Positions 43,625-53,859 of a DNA stretch of 64,000 nucleotides are shown here, piece after piece. Location of the stretch: contig JAFWKJ010000011.1 in NCBI GenBank assembly GCA_017511375.1, positions 4,023 to 68,022 of the forward strand. Reading direction: 5' to 3'. Below the pieces are notes generated by a model, which was not told the origin of the DNA, made no database searches, and worked only from the letters and a program-made list of their open reading frames with translations. The stretch is from Bacilli bacterium. GTDB lineage: Bacteria > Bacillota_I > Bacilli_A > RF39 > UBA660. Positions within the stretch are counted from its first letter, which is position 1, and each line of letters starts with the position of its first letter. The position numbers and the translations under genes are program-made.

Positions 43625-46249
43625 TTCTTCTACAGGATTATGAGAAGAATAATTCTTAGCGACCTCTAAAGTCTTTTTATATTCCTCTTCTAATTCAGGG
43701 AAATGTTCTCTTACATATTCCAAATCATTTTCTTTACTCTTTAATTCATGTTGATAAGCAATATCTGCTAAAGTCATAAATCCTAAATATTTACAATCAC
43801 TTTTTAAAGAATGAACATCAATGGCATAATTCTTCATATCTCCAGAATCTCTATAATCTTGAAGTCTTTGCCATTTATCTTCTACTTCTGTTAAGAAATC
43901 TTGAATGGTAGCATTATACATTTCCATATCACCAAGTAGCTCTAATGCATGATTAATATCAGCCCCATGTTTTTCAAGATAACTTCTATCATACACTTCT
44001 TCTTGAGAATCTACTACAGGTTCTTCTATAACTTCTTCTGAAAGATTTTCCACCTTCTCAGGGGTCTCTTCAACAGGAGCTATCTCTTCAAGGACTTCAT
44101 GAGATGGTTCCTCCGTCAACACTTCTTCTGTTTCCTTTTTATCTTCCTTAGAAGAATCCTTTCCAAAATGAATATCAACAACTGGAATTAAATTTACAAC
44201 AGGAGCAGTGGTAGTAGGAGCAATCACAGGTGTAAATTCAGAAACCTTTACAGACTCCTCAGCCTCAGATGGTTTAGGAGGACTCTCCACGTTAGTTACC
44301 GGTTCTTCTTTCTTTTCTATGATTTCTTCAATATTTTCTTCTACAGGAATTACATCAGAATTCTTTTCTTCTAATTCTTCTTTTGGGATTTCAATCTTAG
44401 CCGTAAAGCCTGTGTTTCTTCCCAACAAATCATTGCAGACACGAATCAATTCATTTTGTTCCATTGGTTTAGCAAGATAATCATTGAATCCTTCTGCCAA
44501 GTATTTTTCCCTCATTCCTGTAATGGCATTCGCTGTTAAAGCAATGGTAGGAATGTGGAAATTAGGATTTTCTTTTAATTTATGGAATGTTTCAATTCCA
44601 TTCATTCTAGGCATCATATCATCTAAGAATAATAAATCATACTCATCGCCATTTTTAATTTTTTCAATACATTCAAAACCACTTGTGCAAAGATCTACAT
44701 GATCTGCTCCATATTTTTTTAATAACTTATCTGTAACTTTTAAATTAAGTTGAGCATCATCCACAACCAAAATACGAATTCCTGTTAAATCTAGGTGTGT
44801 ATATTGTTTAGGGGTTTCAACACTTGTCATAGAATCTATTTTTTGATTAATAACAGCTGTAAACTTTGATCCTTCTCCGTATACAGTATGAACAATTACT
44901 TTTCCACCCATTAATTCTGTTAATTGTTTTGTAATAGCCAAACCAAGTCCTGTTCCTTCAATTGTAGTATTACGATCTTCATCTAATCTTTGGAATCTTG
45001 TAAACAACTTGTCAACACTTTCTGTCTTAATACCACGACCAGAATCTTCTACTGAAATAACTAATCTACAATAATCTTCTAACTTGACGCAATGAACTTC
45101 ATATCTAACAAATCCATGATCTGTATATTTACACGCATTACTTAAAAAGTTTGTAACAATCTTCTTAATATTTGCTTTATCTCCAAATAAAGTGGCAGGT
45201 AAGTTTGGATCAATAAAGAATGTAAAGTCCAACCCCTTCTCCTTCATTCTAGGAGTAATCAAAGTGGCTAATTCTGTAAACACTTCTTTTGGATTATACT
45301 TTGTATTAATAATTTCTAACTTTCCAGCTTCGATTTTAGAAATATCAAGTATTCCATTAACAATCTCTAATAAAGTCTGACTAGCATTGACAATATCTTT
45401 AGCATTTTCCTTTGCTTCTTCAATACTTCCAGCATCCATAATACAATCACTAAAACCAACAATTGCATTCAAAGGCGTACGAATCTCATGAGACATACTA
45501 GAAAGAAATTCTGTTTTAGAATTATTAGCCTTATCCGCAGCTTCTTTAGCTATTTCTAATTGCTGTACCAATTTCAAATCAGGATTCTCAATAGTAAAGA
45601 ACATTATAAATAAAGTAAACGCCATTGTTGAAGATGCAATTAAAATTGATGGGTTAACTGTTTGCAGTATTAAGTTTACAATGAGTAATAATATTACAGC
45701 ATAAATAGGAGCAAACTGTTTTTGCTTTATATCCTTGCGACTTGCCACTAATAGAACTAACCAAAATGTTAAACCCAATCCCAATGCAACCTTTAATGCA
45801 TTAACAGCAGGACCATAACTATATTTTTCTTCTCCGCTTATCATAATTTGAATTGGTAAAAACACAAATAAAAGACTGCCAATTATCATAATTACACCAA
45901 TGACACTTTTAGCAAAATTATACACTTTATTACGTTTCTCTTCAGATTCTATCTTTCTTGCCCTAGTAATATAATATGTGTAAATTGAAAACTCACAAAA
46001 CCAAAAAAATATCTCTACTAAAAATAACCGAGCTAAAACAATAGTAATGGCGTTATTTCCCCCAAGATTATTAACGGCAACATTTAACAATATCTCAGTT
46101 ATCAACACTACTATTTCTTCAATCGTCATAATATTAAATAATTTGTTTTCTTCTGAATTTATACTTTTTTTTGATTTAAAAACAATTACTAGTAAACACA
46201 CAAATAATAATGATTGAAATAAATACAAAATACCCCACATATTATTCAC
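43622..46249 (-). CDS. Hybrid sensor histidine kinase (polytopic sensor, HisKA/HATPase, receiver, long linker, HPt)
   Basis: H-box SHEIRTPLNAIVGFSD, G-boxes EDSGRGI and GTGLGLAI, receiver ILVVDDAQLN...LLFLDDMMPRMNG...ALTANA, and HPt HSLKSDCKYLG. Confidence 0.9.
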   Translation of the reverse strand: MNNMWGILYLFQSLLFVCLLVIVFKSKKSINSEENKLFNIMTIEEIVVLITEILLNVAVNNLGGNNAITIVLARLFLVEIFFWFCEFSIYTYYITRARKIESEEKRNKVYNFAKSVIGVIMIIGSLLFVFLPIQIMISGEEKYSYGPAVNALKVALGLGLTFWLVLLVASRKDIKQKQFAPIYAVILLLIVNLILQTVNPSILIASSTMAFTLFIMFFTIENPDLKLVQQLEIAKEAADKANNSKTEFLSSMSHEIRTPLNAIVGFSDCIMDAGSIEEAKENAKDIVNASQTLLEIVNGILDISKIEAGKLEIINTKYNPKEVFTELATLITPRMKEKGLDFTFFIDPNLPATLFGDKANIKKIVTNFLSNACKYTDHGFVRYEVHCVKLEDYCRLVISVEDSGRGIKTESVDKLFTRFQRLDEDRNTTIEGTGLGLAITKQLTELMGGKVIVHTVYGEGSKFTAVINQKIDSMTSVETPKQYTHLDLTGIRILVVDDAQLNLKVTDKLLKKYGADHVDLCTSGFECIEKIKNGDEYDLLFLDDMMPRMNGIETFHKLKENPNFHIPTIALTANAITGMREKYLAEGFNDYLAKPMEQNELIRVCNDLLGRNTGFTAKIEIPKEELEEKNSDVIPVEENIEEIIEKKEEPVTNVESPPKPSEAEESVKVSEFTPVIAPTTTAPVVNLIPVVDIHFGKDSSKEDKKETEEVLTEEPSHEVLEEIAPVEETPEKVENLSEEVIEEPVVDSQEEVYDRSYLEKHGADINHALELLGDMEMYNATIQDFLTEVEDKWQRLQDYRDSGDMKNYAIDVHSLKSDCKYLGFMTLADIAYQHELKSKENDLEYVREHFPELEEEYKKTLEVAKNYSSHNPVEE

Positions 46250-46267
46250 CTACTATGAACATTATAA

Positions 46268-46297
46268 CATAAAAAAAGCAAATATTACATTTGCTTT
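46268..46297 (-). terminator. Hairpin plus T-run overlapping the 3' end of the adenylating-enzyme gene
   Basis: On the minus strand, AAAGCAAAT-GTAAT-ATTTGCTTT is followed by TTTT. Confidence 0.45.
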
Positions 46298-48270
46298 TTA
46301 AATACTTTTGCTTTTTTTATTTTTGTTGGAGTATCTACCTTTGTAAGACCATCCTCTGATTCTATTAATCCAATGACAAGTTCTTCACCATTTACAATCT
46401 TCTTGTAGTCATCTTTCTCGTGATACATCGCATTTCTATCCACCTTCGAAGAAGTAGGAGAAACGACAAACCCGTCTACATGTTCCTTATATCCTGCTAT
46501 TACTAACTCACCATCAAATACTAATTCTAAATACTGATCAATTAGTTCTAACTCTTTATTCTTATCACCATAAAAATAATCTTCGAAAACAATATGAGCT
46601 AATAAGATACTACTATTATCTGCCAAAGGAATAGAAAAAACGATTGCATCTTTTATATTTTTGTCTTCTTTTATCTTATTGGCAATATCGAACAAGTATA
46701 CTTCTTTCCCACTAGGAAGAATTGCTTTATCACTTTTTCTTCCATAAATATATACCAATCCTTCTTCATCTATCTCTGCAATGTCTCCGCTATGAAGCCA
46801 TCCATCCTCTTTTAGTGTTTCCGTTGTTAGTTCTGGCTTGTTATAATATCCACGCATCACAATATCTTTATCTCGCATGCATAATTCTCCACGCTCATTA
46901 TATCTTAGTTCCTTCCCATTCTCATCAAATATTCCTGCCTGAATATTAGGAAATGGAAGACCCGTACAAATAACAGGTTTGTTTCTATCTTCTAAGCGTT
47001 TTGTCTCCTCCTTTTCTGTTGAAAAAACAGAAAACAATTCTGACATCCCATAACCATCAAACATGGTTGATGGAGAGCCACATAATTTAAGTGTTTCATT
47101 GATAGCATCTAATTCTCCAGGAGTAATAGATTCTCCTCCAACAATTGGCATTTTAAAAAAACTTAAATCCGGAAGACCATTTTTCTTAGCATCTGCTTTT
47201 AAATCATAAAAGAATCTCTTCCACAAACTACCAGATGCTAGAGCTACTTGTGGCTTATATTTGATAACTTGCGAATAAAATTTATCAGCACTTAACCTTG
47301 GCTCATCGATTAATGTTAAGCCCTTATATAGAGGATATATAAACAAACAAAACATAGCAGTAGATGCCATTGGTGGTAAATTTGTCAAAACTGAATCCCC
47401 TTTAAAATATGGTATTTGAGCAGCTTCTGTTTTTGCAAGTTGAGCAAGAGCAGCCTCATTTGTTGACATAATCCCTTTTACCTGACCATTAATTGTTGAA
47501 CCACTACTTGGATTTATAAATGCTATTCTATTTTCCTTAAAAGGTTCTTTATACTCTCCCCGATATGCATCTGCCATTTCCATCATATCCTTAGAATGCA
47601 AATATTTTTTGGAAGAAGGCATCAAAGATTTATTTTTTACCGCATCCAAATAACTCTTCATCTGTATAACCCGCTTTAAAGGAGGATATACTCCATCTGC
47701 AGCACTTACTGCAATTACATATTTAAATCTATCATCACTAAAAATATCTTCTACATTTTTCCACATTCCATCAAACACAATAGCAACCTTAGATTCAGCT
47801 GTTTCTCTATTAAAATCCTCTTTACTTTGGCTTAGTTTTAATGGATAAACAGTAGCCCCAATTTGGTTTAAAGCAAGAATCATTGCGCATACATCTGGAA
47901 AAAAAGTTCCGTAGATTGGTACAATTTCATCTCTTTCTACCCCTATTTCTCGAAAAGCCTTTGCCCATTTTTCTACTAACATCTTAAAATTCGGACGTGA
48001 AATAGTTGAATTAAAATATTTTAAAGCATCAATTTCACTATGTTCCTCTAATTTTTCTAGCACCACATCAGATATAGATCGATCTTTAATAATATTACTT
48101 GCAATTTCCCTTGCCCTTGGTTGATAGTTCTTCATCCAAGGTTCATCAATTGAAGCATAACCCGTTAAACCTTTTGATTGATAATAACAGGAATCAAACA
48201 TACCCTTTCTTTCTTCCGGACTTAATGATTCAAATCTTCTCTCTAATTCACTCAATTCATCTTTGGTCAT
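46285..48270 (-). CDS. AMP-binding (ANL-superfamily adenylate-forming) enzyme, paralog 1
   Basis: PSSGSTINGQVKG (AMP-binding core-like), GYGMSE, WLHSGDIAEIDEEGLVYIYGR. Start at the ATG at 48270 (AAGGTGGGGG RBS). Confidence 0.75.
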   Translation of the reverse strand: MTKDELSELERRFESLSPEERKGMFDSCYYQSKGLTGYASIDEPWMKNYQPRAREIASNIIKDRSISDVVLEKLEEHSEIDALKYFNSTISRPNFKMLVEKWAKAFREIGVERDEIVPIYGTFFPDVCAMILALNQIGATVYPLKLSQSKEDFNRETAESKVAIVFDGMWKNVEDIFSDDRFKYVIAVSAADGVYPPLKRVIQMKSYLDAVKNKSLMPSSKKYLHSKDMMEMADAYRGEYKEPFKENRIAFINPSSGSTINGQVKGIMSTNEAALAQLAKTEAAQIPYFKGDSVLTNLPPMASTAMFCLFIYPLYKGLTLIDEPRLSADKFYSQVIKYKPQVALASGSLWKRFFYDLKADAKKNGLPDLSFFKMPIVGGESITPGELDAINETLKLCGSPSTMFDGYGMSELFSVFSTEKEETKRLEDRNKPVICTGLPFPNIQAGIFDENGKELRYNERGELCMRDKDIVMRGYYNKPELTTETLKEDGWLHSGDIAEIDEEGLVYIYGRKSDKAILPSGKEVYLFDIANKIKEDKNIKDAIVFSIPLADNSSILLAHIVFEDYFYGDKNKELELIDQYLELVFDGELVIAGYKEHVDGFVVSPTSSKVDRNAMYHEKDDYKKIVNGEELVIGLIESEDGLTKVDTPTKIKKAKVFKKQM

Positions 48271-48364
48271 AATAATAACCCCCACCTTAATAAACATTAA
48301 AATACTCTAACATTATTTTAATAAATTTAGAAATTTTAATCAAATAAAACTGTAAAGTTTCTGT

Positions 48365-48730
48365 CTATTTTTCAACAAATTCATAAATAGATATGACATT
48401 CATATCTAAATATCTTTGATTTTTATCATAGATAATTCCATCCACAATAGCAAACATGTGATAGTCATCTTCTTTAAAACAAAATACCCCATACTTTCCT
48501 TTTTTCATATCTAAATCCTTTACAGGAATATCTATGTTCTTTTTTTGATAATGATTTCTTCTAAAGTATTCATCAAATACTTCTATATCATTTGTCGCTT
48601 TACATTCTAGTTGTTTGGCAATCTCTTCTAAATCATTTTTAATCATAGAAACATCTTTATCTAATAATTTAGAAAAGGTTCTAATGACACAACCACACCC
48701 AGGAACTGGATTATATTCTTGATATTTCAT
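48365..48730 (-). CDS. Hypothetical protein (121 aa)
   Basis: ORF only; soluble. No recognisable motif. Confidence 0.4.
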   Translation of the reverse strand: MKYQEYNPVPGCGCVIRTFSKLLDKDVSMIKNDLEEIAKQLECKATNDIEVFDEYFRRNHYQKKNIDIPVKDLDMKKGKYGVFCFKEDDYHMFAIVDGIIYDKNQRYLDMNVISIYEFVEK

Positions 48731-48773
48731 TTACATCTCTCCTTTTATAAAAAAAAGAGTAACCTTACCCTTT

Positions 48774-49661
48774 TTATAATATTTCTTCTGAGCTGGTTTC
48801 TGGTTGACTTACTTCTTCTGATTCGACAATGACAGGAGTAGCTTCTGGTTGACTTGTTTGTTCTGCTGCCAAACCTTCTGTTAGAGCAGCTTCTGCTTGC
48901 TTTCTTTTTTCTTCTTCTATTTCTTTCAATCTAGCTTCACGTAATCTTCTATATTTTTCTTCAATTGTTTCTTCTGAAAGATCAGGTTCCTCTTTATTTT
49001 CATAAGGATTCTCAATCGTAAAATACATTAAACAACAAATAACTGCTTCTACTAAATCAACAATTGTAATATGCGGATATTTATTTTGAATGATAACAGA
49101 AATAGTACAACCAATTACGAATAGAATTAGTGGTATAATTTTCTTTCTTGGAATCTTCTTATATTGAAATGCTAAAATAGCAATCATAATAAGAATATTT
49201 ACGGCAGATAGATAATAAGTTAAATTACAATCCAATCCATAAGTGTAAAAGATAAGTTGTTCAGCATCTCTATGAACGTTCATTGGCATGAACAAGAAAG
49301 AAGCACATACAGCAAGTAAAAGTATATTGATAACAGTATGAATCTTTCTCTTATTATTCAATTGGGATGCAACAACAAGATACTTTAATAGAATAACACC
49401 AAATGAGAAATAATAAATCAACATACCTTTTAACACAATAAATGATACAAAGTATGGAATTTTTAATAAGTAGTAGCAAACATTTTCCGCTATTAAATGT
49501 AATAGTAATCCTATTGTATTAAGAATCAACATAATCTTATATATTTTTGTTTCATCATTTTTCGCATTACTTTTTGAAAAGAAAATAAAGATTAGCGATA
49601 TAGAATACAATAAACACATAATAATCGCTAAGGTCATATTAGTAAATATCACATAAATCAC
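48774..49661 (-). CDS. Polytopic membrane protein homologous to the sensor domain of the 43622-46249 kinase, with a charged C-terminal tail
   Basis: It shares with the kinase N-terminus the FKSKKS/FFSKSNAKNDE loop, K(L/I)(F/Y).IM, and the junction motif YFTIENP versus FFTIENP. Confidence 0.55.
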   Translation of the reverse strand: MIYVIFTNMTLAIIMCLLYSISLIFIFFSKSNAKNDETKIYKIMLILNTIGLLLHLIAENVCYYLLKIPYFVSFIVLKGMLIYYFSFGVILLKYLVVASQLNNKRKIHTVINILLLAVCASFLFMPMNVHRDAEQLIFYTYGLDCNLTYYLSAVNILIMIAILAFQYKKIPRKKIIPLILFVIGCTISVIIQNKYPHITIVDLVEAVICCLMYFTIENPYENKEEPDLSEETIEEKYRRLREARLKEIEEEKRKQAEAALTEGLAAEQTSQPEATPVIVESEEVSQPETSSEEIL

Positions 49662-49713
49662 TTCCTATCCTACCTTTAAATTATATCATATTAAAAAAAA
49701 TATAAAAAGAATT

Positions 49714-51606
49714 TTATATTTTTTTGAATACTTTTTCATCATTTTTTACTAAAGAATCTTTATCCATATGGATGAAACCTTCTGTCTCCAGTTTCATAGC
49801 CTCTGTATCTCTTTTTCCAAATTGTTTATGTGGGAAAGAAGTACGAATTTTAAATTCAGTAGGAACCATATCCATATTTTGTGTATTTCTTAGAATCAAT
49901 TCTTGTAGTTGTCTTAAACGAGCATATAATTTTTCAACATCTTCCTCATATTCTTTTCTCTTCTCTTCTGTAAATATAAGGTGAAGTGCAAAACCATCTT
50001 CTATTCCATCTCTTATCATGCTGACACAATCACACAAGGAAATATCTTCTTCTCCTCTAATGGCGTTTTCAACATCAAAGTTATAGATTTTATTTCCATC
50101 AACAATAGAGTAATCTCCCGCTCTACCATTTACAAATAAGTCTCCATTTTCACCCATGCTTCCGATATCCCCAGTACAACTCCACTTTACACCAGACTCA
50201 TCATAATGAAAGTATTGGTCGGTTGCTTCAGGCTTATTGTAATAACCAAGCATTCCACAAGGTGTATTAGCAACAATCTGTCCTCTTTGTCCATAAGGAA
50301 GTTCATTAAAATCTTCATCCACAATTTTCACTGTAACACCTGGAATAGGAATACCAACTGAATCAGCAGGATGATCAATACGTTGTGATTGACTTGTCAC
50401 TTGAGCGCCACATTCACACTGACCATAGGCAACAATCATTTTGGTATCTACACCCATGTCTCTAAATTTGCCTTCCAGTTTTTCTTTCAATTCATGATTA
50501 AGAGCTTCTCCTCCTTGAACAGGATAATAAAATTCTGTTAATTTTTTTCCAGCTGTTAATTTTTCATCTAAGAATCCTTCATATAAACTGGTAGAACCAA
50601 TTGCATAATGAAGCTTATGATCAATAATATTTTTAACAAAAACATCTCTTTCGAATCTAGGATCTTGAAAAACAATCATCCCACCATGTAAAGGTAAATG
50701 AACGGAAGTACTTAAACCGGTAGAATACCAAGGTGGAACAACCTGATATAATTTTTGGCCTCTATTAAGATCAATTGTATTGGCATTATAGGATAATACA
50801 GAATTTTGAAAACTATCATGTGACAACACAATTGCTTTAGATGGCCCCGTAGTACCACTAGAATAAACCATACAGAATGGATAATTTTTTTCATAATCCA
50901 TAGTTGCTGGCACCGTTCTATGTTTTCCATCTTTGATAAATTGATTCCATAAAACCTCGTTGTCAAAACTCATCTTTTCTTCTTTTTTCTTTGGTAAGAA
51001 TCTCAAAGGACTAGAATTAAGTGCAGGTACTACAACTACATTTTCAACAGAAGTTTTTTTGATCGTATCCTTAATAATTGGATAAAAAGAATCCAATACA
51101 ATTAAATGTTTACTACCACAATCAGCAATTCTTTCCCCCATTTGTTTTGCATCAAAATTAGGTGCCATCATATTTGCTATAGCCCCAATTTTCGCAAGCG
51201 CATATACAACGTAAATACATTCTGGTATTCCTGCACAACAAATCGTTACAAAATCTCCTTTTTTAATCCCATATTCTTCCAAAGATTTTGCTACACGATC
51301 AATTTGTTGAAACAATTCTTTATAAGATATTTTTGCCCCTAAATACATGACTCCTGTATCATTCATATAATCCTTATTTTGACTTAAAATATCCTGATAT
51401 ACAGTCTTGTCATTATTAATAGTATAATACTTATCCATTTTGAAAAACTTAAGCCAAGGTCTATCAATAGAAGGATACCCTGTATGAAAATCAAACAGTT
51501 TTCCTGATTTGATTTCTCCTAATACCCTTTGTTTTTCTTCCTCAGTTAATTGTTTACTATCAACTACTCTTTTAGTTATTTCTTCGATATCTTTTTCTTT
51601 CGTCAT
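49714..51606 (-). CDS. AMP-binding (ANL-superfamily adenylate-forming) enzyme, paralog 2
   Basis: YSSGTTGPSKA (AMP-binding signature), GYGQCE, WSCTGDIGSMGENGDLFVNGR. The N-terminal YPSIDRPWLKFF parallels YASIDEPWMKNY in paralog 1. Confidence 0.8.
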   Translation of the reverse strand: MTKEKDIEEITKRVVDSKQLTEEEKQRVLGEIKSGKLFDFHTGYPSIDRPWLKFFKMDKYYTINNDKTVYQDILSQNKDYMNDTGVMYLGAKISYKELFQQIDRVAKSLEEYGIKKGDFVTICCAGIPECIYVVYALAKIGAIANMMAPNFDAKQMGERIADCGSKHLIVLDSFYPIIKDTIKKTSVENVVVVPALNSSPLRFLPKKKEEKMSFDNEVLWNQFIKDGKHRTVPATMDYEKNYPFCMVYSSGTTGPSKAIVLSHDSFQNSVLSYNANTIDLNRGQKLYQVVPPWYSTGLSTSVHLPLHGGMIVFQDPRFERDVFVKNIIDHKLHYAIGSTSLYEGFLDEKLTAGKKLTEFYYPVQGGEALNHELKEKLEGKFRDMGVDTKMIVAYGQCECGAQVTSQSQRIDHPADSVGIPIPGVTVKIVDEDFNELPYGQRGQIVANTPCGMLGYYNKPEATDQYFHYDESGVKWSCTGDIGSMGENGDLFVNGRAGDYSIVDGNKIYNFDVENAIRGEEDISLCDCVSMIRDGIEDGFALHLIFTEEKRKEYEEDVEKLYARLRQLQELILRNTQNMDMVPTEFKIRTSFPHKQFGKRDTEAMKLETEGFIHMDKDSLVKNDEKVFKKI

Positions 51607-51652
51607 AGAAATACCCCCATCCTAAAATTATAATATCTTAAAATAATTGTAA

Positions 51653-51682
51653 TAAAAAAAACATTTGCGCGCAAGCAAATGT
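51653..51682 (-). terminator. Intrinsic terminator after the histidine phosphatase gene
   Basis: On the minus strand, ACATTTGC-TTGCGC-GCAAATGT is followed by T8. Confidence 0.65.
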
Positions 51683-51706
51683 GTCAACTTATTGTAAACT
51701 AATTAG

Positions 51707-52237
51707 TTAGAGATGGATCTCATAAACCCATCCAGGTTGCCAATTACCTGTCTTTCTCCAATCTCCCTTATTTGCTTCTTCCCATGAAATATTTTTACTA
51801 ATGACTTCTAAAGCAAGTTGAGGTGCTCGATGGGCAATAATACCAATCGTTTGATTAGGATGTTTCTTTTCTAACTCTTTCAAAAATTCTCTCATTCTTT
51901 TCTCAACATCTTTTAAACTTTCTCCCTTAGGGAAAGGTTCCTGAATATGATCTTCAAACACAACAAGTTTCTTATCTTCTCCATCCAAATCTCCATAATT
52001 ACATTCCCTTAATCTACTATCTTCTATGGATTGAAAAGAGGAAAAGGCAAGATGAGCCGTTTCAATGGCTCTATCTAAATCCGATGTGTATAAAACATCA
52101 AAGGAGTAAGGCGTATTTTTTCCTAAATTAATGGCTTGCTCTTTTCCCAACTCATTTAGTTGCGCATTCCTCCAACCACTACATTTATGACTAGCATTGT
52201 CTGTCGTAGTACCATGTACATAATAAACGATTTTCAT
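51707..52237 (-). CDS. Histidine phosphatase (phosphoglycerate mutase-like) family protein
   Basis: YVHGTTTDN, SDLDRAIETA and IIAHRAP follow the family layout. The first motif is VHG rather than RHG. Confidence 0.6.
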   Translation of the reverse strand: MKIVYYVHGTTTDNASHKCSGWRNAQLNELGKEQAINLGKNTPYSFDVLYTSDLDRAIETAHLAFSSFQSIEDSRLRECNYGDLDGEDKKLVVFEDHIQEPFPKGESLKDVEKRMREFLKELEKKHPNQTIGIIAHRAPQLALEVISKNISWEEANKGDWRKTGNWQPGWVYEIHL

Positions 52238-52238
52238 T

Positions 52239-52634
52239 TTACTTCTCTTCTTTCTTTTTATTGTCTACAAAGAAACACATATTAATAAAATAATAAACGA
52301 TTCCAACGATTAAATAAACCACAATTAAAACTTTAGAGAGATTAATAGGATCAAAAGAATACATTCCCTCATTTGTATTTCCTCTCAATACCACAATTAC
52401 TTGAGGGGTCGCAAACAAAAGATATAAAATCAAACTATTAAAAAAACATATTTTTCTTCCTTTTTTATAATTTAATTTCTTTTTATTAAAAATCCAAAAT
52501 AAGAAAGGACCAATCATAAGAACAAAACTTACAAAGATTAGAATAATCATATCAGGAATAAGTTCCTCCCAAAAATGATAAAAATAGAATCCTCCAAAAA
52601 CAATTTGTATAACTACTAATACCCCAAGCAACAA
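52239..52634 (-). CDS. Small polytopic membrane protein; the upstream in-frame ATG is cut off by a TAG
   Basis: ORF track entry with a TTG start and no RBS. A strong AAGGAGAG RBS plus ATG lies at 52670 in the same frame, but is followed by a TAG at 52650-52652. Confidence 0.45.
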   Translation of the reverse strand: MLLGVLVVIQIVFGGFYFYHFWEELIPDMIILIFVSFVLMIGPFLFWIFNKKKLNYKKGRKICFFNSLILYLLFATPQVIVVLRGNTNEGMYSFDPINLSKVLIVVYLIVGIVYYFINMCFFVDNKKKEEK

Positions 52635-52713
52635 AAAAAATCCTATTATCTATTTTTTCTTATTATTCATCGTAATCTCTCCTTATATACGGAAAAAGAA
52701 TCCAAAAAGATTC

Positions 52714-53457
52714 TTATATTCTCTCACTTGAAACAAACAAATACTTCTCATCTACTCTTAAAAAAGTAAATAAATAAGAATTACCCTGATCAAAATATTG
52801 ATCAATGTTTTCATAATCATCTGTTATGTATTGAAGTCTCTCATAGTCGGCATAATAATGAACACTTTCTGCTTGAGAACCAAATAATACATTAACTGTA
52901 ACTTTTAAATCAAATCCATTATCTTCTACATCCATAATTTTATAAAGTGTACGATTAGGTCCACATTGATCGATACAAGCTATTTTTAGAGCAACAAATT
53001 CCTGTTTCTCTTCATTATAACTATAAGGATTACATGTTTCTTTATTAATCTTACTAGGATCAAAATTAAATCCAATACTAAAATAATTTTTCATCTCAGC
53101 AATAAAATCATTTAAAGGAACGGTAGAAGGTCCCTTTTTATAAAAACTTCCCCATTGTACTACTTGATATAATCTTTCATCCGGAATGTTTTTAACATCC
53201 ACTTTATGATCATTTGCATAATCCTCTACATTCCAGCAATCTCCCCCTGCCATAAGAGTATCCACTAAGTTTTTAACTCTCTCATCTTCTACTTCTGTTA
53301 TTTTTTTATACTCTTGAATATCTAGATTGGGAACCATATTCATACTACCTATCCCAAGGATATATCCAATCCCAAATACCAATAGAAAAACAACTAAGAT
53401 AGCCAAAAACTTCTTAAGAGATTGTTTTTTGATGATTTGATTTTTCTTTTTTTTCAT
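52714..53457 (-). CDS. Hypothetical N-terminally anchored protein (247 aa)
   Basis: KKKK-rich N-terminus, then the TM FLAILVVFLLVFGIGYILGIG. No family recognised. Confidence 0.45.
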   Translation of the reverse strand: MKKKKNQIIKKQSLKKFLAILVVFLLVFGIGYILGIGSMNMVPNLDIQEYKKITEVEDERVKNLVDTLMAGGDCWNVEDYANDHKVDVKNIPDERLYQVVQWGSFYKKGPSTVPLNDFIAEMKNYFSIGFNFDPSKINKETCNPYSYNEEKQEFVALKIACIDQCGPNRTLYKIMDVEDNGFDLKVTVNVLFGSQAESVHYYADYERLQYITDDYENIDQYFDQGNSYLFTFLRVDEKYLFVSSERI

Positions 53458-53466
53458 AATGACCTC

Positions 53467-53817
53467 CTATGATTCCATTACTTGTTCAAATTCAATTGCG
53501 ACAATTCCGTTTTTATCTACTTCTTCTTCCGAATAAAATTGTTTCATTAATTGAAGATACTCTTCATGACTTGTTCCTTCTAAATAAATTCTTTCCATAT
53601 CATAGGCATCTAATACTTCTTCAAAAGAAGAAAAATAGACTAAGTTCTTTACAGTTGTCTTTAACTTTTCTTGTTCTCCTGGACGCTTAACAAATATTAA
53701 AGTATCCCCTACTTTTAACGCTCTTCTCTTTTCATCATTGACACGGATTTCTACATCTTTCGTTCCTTGTAAAACAATGTCAAATATTTCTGGATGTAAA
53801 TGAACAATCATTTCCAT
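53467..53817 (-). CDS. ASCH-domain protein
   Basis: 116 aa. FDIVLQGTKDVEIRVNDEKRRALKVGDTLIF is the ASCH/PUA-like beta-barrel signature. Confidence 0.6.
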   Translation of the reverse strand: MEMIVHLHPEIFDIVLQGTKDVEIRVNDEKRRALKVGDTLIFVKRPGEQEKLKTTVKNLVYFSSFEEVLDAYDMERIYLEGTSHEEYLQLMKQFYSEEEVDKNGIVAIEFEQVMES

Positions 53818-53859
53818 ATTCTCACCTCTATCTATATTATACCTAACAATGAATTTTTC

